Source of the DNA: Schmidtea polychroa
Taxonomy: Eukaryota
Direction: 5' to 3'
Length of the DNA: 64,000 nucleotides
NCBI GenBank assembly: GCA_044892525.1
Contig: CM097887.1
Span: 90,002,397 to 90,066,396 of the forward strand
Below are positions 24,601 to 36,221 of the stretch, piece by piece. Below the pieces are notes generated by a model, which made no database searches, was not told the DNA's origin, and saw only the letters and a program-made list of their open reading frames with translations. Both the position numbers and the translations under genes were made by a program. Position 1 is the first letter of the stretch. Each line of letters begins with the position of its first letter.

Positions 24601-25300
24601 CGAAGGTACCAATTCTACTCTTAAACCTGATCTTCTCCTAAAATCTAAACGAAATAAAGCCATACATATCTTAGACATTAAGGTCCCTTTCGATTCCAGA
24701 AAAAACTATGATAACTCTAGGAAAAATAACTATAATAAATATAAGGAATTAGGCGAAGAAATTGGTAGACTCCATAAATGCCCACACACCTTGCACGCCC
24801 TCGTAATTGGCACCCTTGGTTCATGGGACAAAAATAATGATTCGATTCTTAAAATTATTGGCCTATCCAATAACGAAATAAAGGACCTAGCCAAAAAAGC
24901 TTGTGTAGCTGCAATCAATAGCAGCTACCAAATATATCGCCAACACATATATAAAAATTAACTATATATATATATATATATTATTTTTTGTAGCCAAAGC
25001 ATCTCTTATCTATTCGCATTCTATGGTTATTATATCTCACCTCTTAAATCTCTCATATGTCTCTGGTTAAACCAACCTTGAAACCCAGATATTGTTATAT
25101 AGTACGTACTCAAAGCATTATCCTATCTATTTTTGTGTATTATGGCTATTATCAATAAAACTAATCTAATAATAAATAAACTAAATAATCTAATAAACTA
25201 ATTTAATAGTAATAATAAATTTAATTTAATTTCTGTAATACTTTTATTTCTGATATTGTTGTTGTTGCTGATATTGTATTATTATTGTTGTTACTACTAT
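18620..25300 (+). mobile_element. RLE-type non-LTR retrotransposon copy B, NeSL-like, apparently full length (low-complexity N-terminus, 4 C2H2-like Zn fingers, Ulp1-like domain, RT, CCHC, RLE, 3' UTR running into gap)
   Basis: Zn fingers at 21014-21489 and Ulp1-like IIMPMSDGKDNWFFFLLD...IDPL...TDSAFYIC. RT SWRPISI, GCAEHN, WLDIADAFGSIPH, GVKQGCPLS, AYADD (23324). CRHCHAHPKTPAHIFNHC and KPDLLL...ILDIKVP. An Ulp1 domain upstream of RT is the known architecture of C. elegans NeSL-1. Confidence 0.9.
21737..24961 (+). CDS. Ulp1-like/RT/CCHC/RLE part of the copy B polyprotein (1074 uninterrupted codons; in frame with upstream ORFs 20024-20440 and 20483-21694)
   Basis: ORF track plus the motifs above. 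Starts 20024, 20483 and 21737 share a frame, and each ORF is separated from the next by a single TGA. Confidence 0.9.
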   Translation: MKNSSIFVDPFIGNALIQHNYVTFFATFPFSEFAHWNEIIMPMSDGKDNWFFFLLDKHRKLAVLIDPLLDDSLSTHLLLAQNILETILDLQKIVSPVQIVLQNPAYPRCFVPTDSAFYICHFIECLIKRKKLTCPNVTNMINDIKTTINNYNYCKLPNDDVRKFRPFINCLIINLNNNLIEYDAALSEIERINGSINLHKYITKKASDVIHKNYKVSKELVFTKRQKYKFAPKEEISKILNNQMKTHTPNMDHILKLFASKTSDCTFNLNYQYPALSESLTIIPFDIDDIKSIFCQLDNTAPGTDKISLSDWRKISPNFELILALCNNILRNSRSPICWKSFRTRLILKAGKAEISHEANSWRPISIMNTAYRIFASLMNNRLLEWISTENLLTSNQKALCALDGCAEHNLILHLIKDSSYHKKTDLHIVWLDIADAFGSIPHELIWHTLSGMGLHSTTIALLQDMYNNVQTYFDCEGEKSDYTPIYKGVKQGCPLSMTLFCLSIDFILRSVLQTHPFLFHNHNISILAYADDIVLISDSYPNIKSALSLTVSLATKVNLHFKPSKSGYFHVDHDCNYQPILLYGETLPKIDDSNMYRYLGVDFSHKTKHCIKERLDSAIQDTNKILNSHLHPSQKINAFKVFIHSRLNFTFRNCVINHNILDSPRNILRNSEIQQYGFDLQIKQGIKRSIGDKIMQLNDNFLYAACKLGGLGLVSSIDEYLIQSIVQLIRALNSSDLNFKNLITSELIEARGQGDLNVALSWLNGQLSKSYPTFSIFSKFKKSARRLLHQYGISTKIIMLEDLLQLEIKYKSRINYFSLGNVDKTSAELHSIIGLIYAERWCAMKCQGYMAKAISESCIADYFFKSDILPDAQFLFLIRARNNILKLNYSPHHLKTNKSILCRHCHAHPKTPAHIFNHCQARINARRNKHDNVLQTVANFLISINFEVDIEKIPEGTNSTLKPDLLLKSKRNKAIHILDIKVPFDSRKNYDNSRKNNYNKYKELGEEIGRLHKCPHTLHALVIGTLGSWDKNNDSILKIIGLSNNEIKDLAKKACVAAINSSYQIYRQHIYKN

Positions 25301-25838
25301 TTNNNNNNNNNNNNNNNNNNNNNNNNNNNNNNNNNNNNNNNNNNNNNNNNNNNNNNNNNNNNNNNNNNNNNNNNNNNNNNNNNNNNNNNNNNNNNNNNNN
25401 NNNNNNNNNNNNNNNNNNNNNNNNNNNNNNNNNNNNNNNNNNNNNNNNNNNNNNNNNNNNNNNNNNNNNNNNNNNNNNNNNNNNNNNNNNNNNNNNNNNN
25501 NNNNNNNNNNNNNNNNNNNNNNNNNNNNNNNNNNNNTATCAATATTTATAATAATGTACTAATTGTGGATATCAATCACCGAATGGGTTAATGTAGGAAT
25601 CCTTGTAGGGGTTCTGCCTATTTAATGGTCTTTTTAGTTGTTTTTATTAATACTATAATCATTTTTATTATACTATTGATACTATAATCAACACCTCTAT
25701 TAACTATTAATACTAATATACTTACCTCAACCTTCACTAACTCCTTATAATATATATTATAATAAGTACTTATTTCTCGCTATAAACTTCGCATGGGAGC
25801 CTTCCTGCCCCGAAACTTATTTATTTAGATTTACGATC

Positions 25839-26220
25839 ATGCCCTCCCTGCAAATGGCTGACCTCCAATACTCAGAGCCTAGTTATAAAAGCCTCCTGAT
25901 GATCCTACTAACCAAAATCCAGACCTCTCCGAACGCCTTGCTACTGAAGATCTGAATCAAATACCCAGACTTATCCACCAAAATAACCAAGAAAATGATC
26001 AACTTAATGAAGACCATCCAACTTCCATATCGAAACTCATAAACTCCATCAACTCAAACTATCAAGACCTATCCGAACCCCTTACGACTGAGCATCTAGA
26101 TCAAATATCCATGCTAATTCATCAACCGACCTCGACAACAATGATAATCCGATCATCACTGCCTCTCCAAAAATCCTTACTCCTGATGACATGATAACCG
26201 AAATGAACACGTTCTGATAT
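25839..26220 (+). mobile_element. Probable 5' fragment (N-terminal low-complexity ORF) of a third non-LTR element C, degenerate
   Basis: ATG at 25839, then ~100 open codons KPPDDPTNQNPDLSERLATEDLNQIPRL... with frameshifts at both ends. It has the same C-rich sense strand and P/D/N/S-rich composition as copy B at 20000-20800. No RT follows. Confidence 0.4.
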
Positions 26221-26869
26221 CGGAGTTTATAACTCTGATATCCTTCGATTATTTGATTAAAAGCTGCAGAATTCTTAAGGGTGAGAATCGATCTCCCCTT
26301 CTTGGCCTTGGGGCCCGCGTTTTGATTAAAAGAAAATTTGATTTTTTTTTTTTTAAACGGACGAAGAAGGCAGTGGCCTTGAGCAAACTGCATGTTCCGG
26401 AAATCCCGTCCAAAATGAACCTAAACATAGACGAGATGACCTTCTCTAATACCATGATCGAGAAATTTTTTGAACTAAACGAATTATTGACCGAAACCGA
26501 AATCGACACTTGACAAATTGCTGTTTTATATTTTGTATTTGGATTTTATTATAACATTATACATTGAATTTTCTTTTCTTAAATTTTAATTGTTATTTAA
26601 TTAGCCGTGAATAATCATTGTTTTGGAATCTTTTAAGAAATCGTCAATTTCACCTATAAATGTGTTATGTTTATCATGATCAAAGGAAACGACCTCCGAG
26701 TTAATTCGTATGTCATCACTATTCATAGATTTTTTCACCTTCTATTGACAGTCCAGAACCCGTTCAGAAAGTACAATGAGAAGTAGTCTTAGAAATAAAG
26801 CTCACCTTGCGACTATTAAGTGCCAATATGGTAATTACATTGGTACATAGAATGGTTTGAAATAGTCAT

Positions 26870-27790
26870 GAAAGTGTTTGTAGGGATATTTGCCCAATTA
26901 GATCATTGCACTCATCTTCATATTTTCTTTCCCAAAACGCCAAAATTCGTCATTAAGCAATAAATATTTCGCCAGTGATGCGAGGAAAATCCAATTGAAA
27001 AAAATTGAGAGTCAAAAAATGTCAAGTTTTGTAATAAATTCTTAGGTGCAATCTTGCGTCAATGCTAATATTGCACGCTTTATTATCAGCCAAGAGATTG
27101 CAAAGCGACGTAAACTATATACAGACGGTGAATACATTAAAAGTTGTTTTATAAATACATCCAAAAAGGTATTCTGAGATTTTAAGAACTAGGAAGAAAT
27201 TCTTAAAAAAATAAACGAGTTACCACTGTCTGCTAAAACTGTAAAAGGTAGAAAAGTGAAAATGTCTTCATTAATAACCTATCAGCAAATCAAACATGGT
27301 TTCGGATTTGTCAATAACTGTTGACGAGTCTCATGACATAAATGATACACCACAAGTTTCACTTATTGTTCAATTTATTTCGTCTACTGGTCCTAAAAAG
27401 AACATTTTTAGGATTATTACTACCGAAAGGTCAAACATGTGACAAGAATATTGCAAATGCTGTCATGAAATGCATGAAGAAACATCATATTCCAATCGAG
27501 AGAATTGTTTCAATTTCAACCGATGGGGTAAAAAGTATGACAGGAGTAAGAAAATGTTTGGTTTATATTTTGAAGGACAATATAAATCATGAGATACTTG
27601 TTTACCATTGAATTATTCATCGAGAAGCGCTTTGTTCGCTGACATTTCCAGAAGAAATTTGCAATGTTAGTGAGTTGATCATCAAAATTGTCAACACATT
27701 TGCAGCTGGACCTCTTTATCATCACCAATATAAAGAATTTTTAGCTGAAATAGGAAGCGAATACGCAGATCTTCTGTTTTATAACTTCAT
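26870..27790 (+). mobile_element. hAT transposase remnant (GTF2IRD2/SPIN-like)
   Basis: Fragments QEIAKRRKLYTDGEYIKSCF, PLSAKTVK, TVDESHDINDTPQVSLIV, ISTDGVKSMTG, YHxIIHREALCS; frameshifted. Confidence 0.8.
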
Positions 27791-28227
27791 TGGAAAACAA
27801 ATTATTCCGTTTTGCTCAAATAATATTAATCCAACAACGCTTACGGTTATCATCAGTTCTGCTTTCGTCTGCATTCTTGTATTTTCATAACTTTGCTGCT
27901 TTCTTGATTTGGTTTCTCCGCGGATACTGACCGTCCGCTCTTCTTGTGTGTTTCCGAAATGTATGTTATGTATATATTTTATACCTTAGAAGTGAATGTT
28001 GAAATCATCTTGGTCTGTTCACTTACTAACAAAAAGAAACCTTACCATCAAATCAGCACTATCTCAGATTACTAATTACATCAGAAAGGTTTGTTTCAAC
28101 TTTTCTCGAGATCAATTATTTACAGCTCGTCACCATTTATTCGCACCCTACATAAATTAATTAAGCATCCACATTTGTAATCAAAATGAATTTACGCTTG
28201 GAAGAAATTTTAATAAAACCAAATGTA

Positions 28228-28814
28228 CATGGGTGTCCACATGGGGAGCAAGTGCTCCCACTTGCCCCCTCTCCTGCATTTCCGAAAACAATTCTATTTT
28301 TCGATTAATTTAAATACATTTTAATAGATGCACTCAAACAATGTTGGAAAAACCCAATACAAAAATAATTAATAAAAAATTTAATTTAAAGAGGCTTCCT
28401 GTTATTTTTAATGTTATTAATTATATCTGGAAATCAATTATTTCAAATCAACTTATTTGTATAAAAACTTTCAATATTAACTGATGTTCTGATTTAAAAA
28501 AAAGTGTTCTATTTTGTAAATAAACGAAAAGGAAGGCCTATTTTGTATAATATTTATTATTATTGATTTTTTTTATTAATAAATAATCAATTATTAAATG
28601 TCGTTTTTGTAAGATAAAATTTTTGATTTACATAAAGATTGCCAAAAATTACAGCCAGGATCAAGCCAAATCCGTCAATTCAACACGTCATAAAACTCAA
28701 ATATTTATTATACACATGCATTTTTTTCAACTCTCTTCCCCCTAGAACAATTGTCTACTTGGTAAAAATATATTTTTGCCCCCTCCTTTGGAAAAATTCC
28801 TGCGGACGCCCATG
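28228..28814. mobile_element. Non-autonomous hAT MITE
   Basis: TIR CATGGGTGTCCACA / TGCGGACGCCCATG with a perfect 8-bp TSD CAAATGTA (28220-27, 28815-22). Confidence 0.85.
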
Positions 28815-29391
28815 CAAATGTATTCAACTAATTTAAAGTAGTGCTTCAAATGGTACCCGATGCGCCTAAATGTAACCTTGACTGAAACAGGCGACAAATT
28901 ATTTTTGCCGAAAAACCGAAGTTTTTCATAATGATGATCATTTAATTAATATGAAAATTTTAATTTGCATTCAAAAAAATTAACAACACTAAATTTACGA
29001 ATAATTTTCTATTTTTGTGAAATTTTATCTATTTTTTTAAAAAACATGAGATTAAGTAGAATAATATTCTGCACTTCAAATATTATTTTTTAAAATTATA
29101 CAAAATACACGATTTCAACAATTTAACACAATTATTTATAAATAAGAAAAATTAACAATTTAATTAAATTATTTATTATTAATAATTACGAAACTTGAAA
29201 TTAGAAATTCGTCAATTTTAAGTTCATTTTTTTCTACTATTAAAACTCAAAATGTGAATAACTTTGGTTAATAGAAAAAATATATTTGATTATTTTAATT
29301 AGGATTTATTTTTTTTATTAAAATACCGCAACGTAAAATATTTAAATTGTTATAAAATAGTTAAAAATTCAATTAAATCATTAACAGTGAA

Positions 29392-29769
29392 ATGTCTGGA
29401 AAAGCAGGTAAAGCAATAAAAAAGTCACAATCCAAAACTAGAAGTTCAAGAGCAGGCCTTCAATTTCCCGTTGGTAGAATTCATCGTAAATTACGAAAAG
29501 GAAATTTCGGAGAAAGAATTGGAGCTGGAGCACCTGTTTACATGGCTGCTGTTTTGGAATATTTAGCTGCTGAAGTTCTAGAATTAGCAGGTAATGCTGC
29601 TAGAGATAATAAAAAATCTAGAATTATTCCACGTCACTTACAATTGGCAATCCGAAATGATGAGGAATTGAATAAATTACTTGGACATGTTACCATTTCA
29701 CAGGGTGGTGTTTTGCCAAATATTCAAAACTCACTCTTACCAAAGAAGGCTGAAGAAAAAGATAAGTAA
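29392..29769 (+). CDS. H2A: Histone H2A, intronless, replication-dependent type, divergent N-tail
   Basis: [14 protein letters not shown]...[54 protein letters not shown]...[13 protein letters not shown]; TATA-like TATAAAA at 29351. Confidence 0.98.
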   Translation: MSGKAGKAIKKSQSKTRSSRAGLQFPVGRIHRKLRKGNFGERIGAGAPVYMAAVLEYLAAEVLELAGNAARDNKKSRIIPRHLQLAIRNDEELNKLLGHVTISQGGVLPNIQNSLLPKKAEEKDK

Positions 29770-29802
29770 TTGTTAATTATAATTGACTTGAGAATGGTTA
29801 TC

Positions 29803-29818
29803 GGTCCTCTTTAGGGCT
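29803..29818 (+). promoter_or_regulatory. Histone mRNA 3' stem-loop (SLBP-type)
   Basis: GGTCCT-CTTT-AGGGCT, 33 nt after the stop: 6-bp stem with 4-nt loop. It deviates from consensus in loop position 1 (C) and has a terminal G-U pair. Confidence 0.8.
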
Positions 29819-31399
29819 ACATATATTGATTGTAAATTATTAATAATATTATAATCATTATAACGTTAAAAAATGTATTTGTTTCCAAATTACAAATAGA
29901 TTTATTGACATTAAATGTATAACTAGTTTTATGACGCGTTGAATTGACGGATTTGGCTTGATCATGGCTGTAATTATTGGCATTCTTTATGTAAATCAAG
30001 AATATTATCTTACAAAAACAACATTTAATAATTGATTATTTATTAATAAAAAAATCAATAATAAACAATTTTATATAATAGCACATTTTGTAAAAAGGCA
30101 CGTACAATACAAATGGATATTTGCCAAGAGCATAGGTATAATTCGCTTGACTTTCGTTTCACAATGGGATTTAGTAAGATGTAATTTCGCAAAACCTTCT
30201 GGAGAAAATTGATTTCGGTTTTTTCCATCAACTGTATTGACTGTCAAGGTCTTTTGACAATTGAAACGAAAAATTGTTTTCTAGTTTTTTTTTCACCTTC
30301 GTCGATTAGAAGGGATTTACCTTTGAACACTTTTATAGACACTTTTACGCAGTTTGCTTTTATTGTTACTTGATTTTTGTTGGGAAAATAATTATGTTAG
30401 CTATTTCAACTTTTGTCTTTCATATTTTCGTATCGTTCCAACAAGACTTGTTTTTTGGCTAGTTGTATGGATGCAAAGTTTTATTTTTCCCACAATTTAC
30501 ATATTTTTTCGCATGATTTGAAACTACAAATTCATTCCAAAGTGCTTCTTATGGTGTAATTTACTTCTCGCGTCTACAGATAATCGACATCTAATTTCAA
30601 AATTTCACGGTTAATTGAGCATATACTTGCTAAGTTCTAGTTAAGGTTTAACACCTAACACAGATTTAACTTGATAAATTATCCGATTCCAAAGATAATA
30701 TTGAGCAAAAATGTATTTATTACTTAGAGTGAATAAGGCAATATGTTTTATAAACTAAGACTTATTATCAATAACACAAATAGGTTCAATGATGAAGTAA
30801 AACAACTTTATATAAAAATCTTGGGACCTTGGAACCAATCACCATCAGAATACAATGTGCATAACCTAGGACTATTTTGTCACAGCTCTGGTCAAAGGTG
30901 AGCGGAAACAATCGTAACATCTTACTCTCAATTTATTTTCTCAAAATTCACAATTTTCCCCAGTGACGAACAGTAACACAATAATGGCCCTAATAATCTA
31001 AACTCTCTGTACTGCTCCCGTCGCATTGGATGGTAATATTCTTTTCTCGTTTATCTCCATTATATATTTTCGATGTGGATTCGAGTAATAATAGAACCCG
31101 GTTTACCGCTCCTGAGAATTTTACTGTAATTTGTCTGTTGATTGTGTGGATTCATAAATGTGCTGTAACCGAAAAGCAGTTTTATTCTGGCATCAGGTTT
31201 ATCAACCGAATGGCATCATGGCTGGTTGAGATTGCTATACATAATTGTTTCTTAAGAGATCCACCGAATTTGAAAGTATTAGGGATGCTTTTATAATGCC
31301 CTGTCTAGTCTACAAGCATGTTTCTCTTTACGTTCGTTCTCTTTTGGTTTAGTTGTAACTTCTTTCGCTGGAACCACATGCATCTTCCAATGGTTTGAG

Positions 31400-32700
31400 T
31401 TGTTCTATAATTGGTAGCACTTATCTATTTGCTACCAGGGGTAGTATTAGATTGGTATCGTTATCCGTAGCATCATATATGGGTCTATAAAAGTTCCCAT
31501 AAGCTTCGGTGATAGATCATTTTTGTTAGAGTGACTCACCAAAATCACCTGATCTCCACCATCATACCATGTTCCATTGCTTTATGGTCATGATAGTCCA
31601 TATACTGGCATTTTTCTTTGTCTGATATACATCAAGTACAATGGGGCTTTTCCTGTCCCTCAGAAACAACATTACGGTATGTGAATAAACAAAATAGAAT
31701 ATGGATATCCGAATCGGTCTGCCCAGAATGTACGTAGAACGCAAGCATATTGGATCGTGTTACGTTAAATCTCTCTACAAGCCCGTCCATTTTCGGATGG
31801 TACGTGAATGCGTTTAATTTCAAAATAACGAAATAACAGTTAATTCCGTTGAGGAGATTTCTCATAAATCCGCTCCCCGATCCGTTAAATATTTGGTAGG
31901 TACTCCATACCTAAAAACTATTTGTTCCAAAAAATTCATTCCTTTGTATGTCTTATGGTTTGGTATTTGATACGAATCTGGCAATTTTTTCAAGTAGTCA
32001 CAAAATACTAATATATATTTGTTCTATTCTTTAAAGTTTAAACAGTCCAAACACATCCATAGCCATCATTTTCATTTGTGTAGATACGACTGGCATTGAC
32101 ATCATTTATTATGCAGCTTCTTTCCAGTATCTTTCTTGGTGATAAATGTCCTATATGTTTGACACCATACTTTGACGTATTGTTTTATCTTTGGCCAGAA
32201 ATGTTTAATTTTAATAGTGTTTTCGAGAAGACAGATGCCTTCCTAATGCTCCGTCGTCATATTGTAGCATAAGCTTCACGGTATTTCTTTGAAGCCATAA
32301 TAAAGTTGTTTCTCATATCCACATGTTTGACCAACCCTTCTTCAAGTACGAAGTACTATCTTTGCAAGTCGCTTCATTGACTATGAAACAATCATTACAG
32401 AACCGTCTTTTTGGCCACCACTTAGAGGTATTTTCGCGGTAAGGTCAACCCGGCCACTTGTCAAATGATAACAAATGGTTCGGTATCCGATTTAGTTCAT
32501 ACCACTAGTACAGCAAACGAAATCACCAGAGGACGAGGAACTTCAAGGAAAAGACTCGAGGATTGATTGTTGTCTGTTACAGCTGCTGCGCAAAGTAAAA
32601 GAGCAATGTTCGTGTTGCGCATAAATACCACTCCGTTCTCAGCAGAATGCGGCATGCGTAAATATTTCATTAAATAAATTGATACAATTATGTTCACATC
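31400..32700 (-). mobile_element. Decayed Gypsy pol remnant (integrase and upstream pol)
   Basis: YHPKMDGLVERFNVTRSNML...FCLFTYRN (31632-31865) is a typical integrase core end; the upstream part is fragmented. Confidence 0.65.
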
Positions 32701-32979
32701 ATTTCTTCCTTCATATATCATGTGATGTGGAAAGATGATGCCATATTATGTGCGTATTAAGTGTGGAGTTTTCTTATATTGATTACATGTGTAAAATATT
32801 CCCTTTAGAAAATTATTAACCATCATTGTCGTAAAATGAATGATAGGGGGTACAGTAGATTTCACAGGTTTTAAGTCCTTAGAGAATAGAACAAGGAAAC
32901 CTAAGCAAAACCTTCTATCGACAGCTCACGATCCCACTAAAAGACTTGAAAATTATAGTATTCACCCATAAGGCACATT

Positions 32980-34125
32980 CAGGGCCTAGGAGAGAGAGTG
33001 CGGGGCCCGGGCCCAAATTTTTTTTGGGGCCCCTTTTAATAATTAAGAAAAAATATATAGTTAACGACAACACAATATAAAAACAAATTTTATTATATTA
33101 ATGATTTACGGGGTTTTGAAATTGCAAATTTATCAATTATTTCACTAAAATTTAGGTTTCTTGCAATATTGTTATTAATATGCAGCATTGATAATTCATT
33201 TAGCCACAGGTCTGTTGAAATGTCATCCAAAAATTTAATTTTAATCTTGTCGCACTGATTTTGCAATATGTCTTCATCAATGCTATTGAAGGTCCACAGG
33301 AATTTAAAATTATCACAAATTTCAATCATTCTTGAAAAGCGAGTTTGTAATGATTTTTGTAAAACTGAAATGATCTTTTTGAATATTTGTTGATAATGTA
33401 ACTCAACAGCTGCTTCATCAGTAAACTTTCTTTTAATTTCAGATGATGCGTGAATGGAGAATTTTTCAGCATATTCCTTACTATCACTCATCACCTTTTC
33501 CCATCGCATTAATTTTATTGAATTAATTAGCGCATCTATATTCTCGGTCTCGGGGTCCAAAGTTGCATCTCTTGCTTCTAACAATAAATTTTTGTTCTGT
33601 ACTGCTGTCAGTATAGGGAGCCAAATAGAATTCATGACCACCGTTTCATATCGAGATGTGAATTTTAAAAGCGACTTGCATGCATATTTGGATTCTGCAG
33701 ATTGATTTAGATTCGAATCAACTTCTTTAAAGGCCAAATTTATCAGATTCAAAGAAGACACGAGTGGTTTTTGTGGCATTAAAACGAGCATACCATCTGG
33801 TTTTTGATACATTCGTAAGCGACTTGTTGCAGTGTTTCTTTAATATATTAGCCCAGCGAGATGTAAATGAAGAGAAAAAATTGAAGAGCGTTTGAAATTT
33901 CACTAAATAGTCGTTTGATTCAGTACAGCATAATGTTGCATCATTTCCTACCAAATTAAGTGTATGATTGCCACAAGAGAACATAAATTCAGGATTTACC
34001 TCTTTAAGCCAAGCTTGAACGCCATTATTTATTCCTGACATTAAACTTGCGTTGTCAAAACTTCCAGCCACACAATTTTTCATAATCAAACCTCGTTCCT
34101 CAAGAAGTTGCTGGACATCTTTCGT
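32980..34125 (-). mobile_element. hAT transposase remnant (ZMYM/Ac-like) with one CAGGGCC terminus
   Basis: SFDNASLMSG...CGNHTLNLVG...FSSFTSRW...SKTRWYARFNA (33727-34089), continued by frameshift in 33093-33812; GGGCCC-rich terminus at 32980-33035. Confidence 0.8.
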
Positions 34126-35704
34126 ATGTTAATTCATACCAAATTTAATTATATTGCTGTCTAATTATGGCTTTTCGTATGTTAATTTAACCATAACTGT
34201 TTGTCTTTTTTTATCATTCCGTCTCCATGATTGATTTCAAATTTAAAATAATGTATTTTATTAAATGATATGATTAAATTATCTCGTGTATAGTGTATTA
34301 AGTTTGTATATCTCTATTAAAGCGTGTGTTGTTAGGAAATCTGTAGAACCCAGACGAGTCACCTATAAAAAAACTGTCTCGGGACAGCTGGTGTGGTTCT
34401 AAGTAATACTGGTGTTTAAGAATAACTAAACAGAATAAATATTATAAATATTATAAATATATAAAAACTATTTTAACTTTACAAATTTATTTTAACAATA
34501 ATATGCACCTTGAAGTTCGGAGGAAACTGAAAATTTCGATTCAATTAACCCTCCAAAAAGTTTGACGGATCTTGAAACTTTAAATATGTTATTCTGTGCT
34601 TGGAAACTCCGGGGTTATCTCACAATGTATTTTACCAAACAACAACACTTTCAAATTTGTGAACTCAAGTTTCGGACTTTTCAAAAGTGTTCTCGAAGGT
34701 GACAATTTATATTTTGTCGTTTTGATATTATAGAATTTCAGCTTGGTTTTATTAAATACAAATATCTCCAGATCTTTATTCTTATACTTTCAAGTTACGG
34801 TTGAATCTTCTCTGATTATTTAGTTTCTAATTCAGTTGTCGAATTTTCATTTCTAGTTTGTTTTTTTTGAACTTTTAATTTTCTATTCTTTTATCGATTT
34901 TTTATTTGTAATTTCTCTATAGTAAATTATTACTATAAAGAATTATTATATATAGTTCTATTATTTGTTTACAAAAAAGTACAATGAAAAAATAACAATT
35001 GCAAATCGTAATTACAATTAAAAAGTTACAATCATTAAATTAACACCACATTACATTCCTGTTCATTTTATGTAGATTTTTGCATTTAAACAATTTTTAA
35101 AACTCTTGGTTTCTAGCCCAACAATAATATATAACAACGCGGAATTCAAGTGTGTGAATATGGTAAAATTTCCCAAATAGTAACCCACCGCAACAAATAT
35201 TACTTTTGACATGACCAAATAATTTCAAATGGTTTCCTGACATTTATTTTACAATTTGACCAGTATCGTTTATCCTCAATCTTTTTTTGATGTTTAATAA
35301 CTTTTCCGATGATATCTTATTACCTTTTTTAACACATTCATTAATAACATTTATTTTAATCCCCTTTGAAGCTTTAGATTCTCCAAATGGTTTCAAACGA
35401 CCCTGACCAGCGCATGACTACTTTCCCCTTCAACTGAATAAACTCATCGCTATTTCTATTTTTCTGACATATTTCTTTGATAATGAATTTATTTTTTAAT
35501 AAATTTCTAACATAATATTTTTCCTTAATATATATATAGAAATCTATATTTCTTATAGTAAATGCAGGATTTATTATTTTTACTTATAAAATATTTAAAA
35601 ATTATATAAAAATATTAAGTAATTCAAATTTATTTGTTCAAAATATCATTTGTTTAATTTTATTCGTTGCCACAGTGAAAAAGCTCTATTTTCAAAAGAA
35701 ATAA

Positions 35705-36142
35705 ATGATGCTAATATATTTCTTAATTGTTAATTTATTTTTTTATCAAATAAATACTCAAAGTATGTTATTATTTATACAGTTAATTTTACTAAATAAT
35801 CAGTAGTTTCAGATGTAAAATTCCTATCAAATTCTAGTCTATTTAATGACGGAAGAGATGGAATAGTTCTTCTTACGTTACATACGGGCCAGGAAACAAC
35901 AATTTGTAATTACAAATTTTCAGAAATCGAAGCAGGTATAGTCTGCAAAAGCCTTGGATTGTAAGTACTAAAACCATTTTTTAAGTTTTCATTTAGGATA
36001 GAGATTATTTAAATTAATTTTTTATTATCTCTTATGGCTTTTAGATTTCTGTAATAATATTAAAATGTTTTTTTCATCTATAAACTTTTTATTGGAAAGC
36101 ATAAAGCTCTTCAATAATATTTGAAATATATACCAATAAACA

Positions 36143-36221
<79 letters not shown>

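Noticed and set aside
15779-24918. Minus-strand ORFs over the retroelements (15779-16363, 17357-17872, 22549-22845, 23623-23970, etc.)
   Set aside because: Antisense shadows of the long RT ORFs with no independent motifs.
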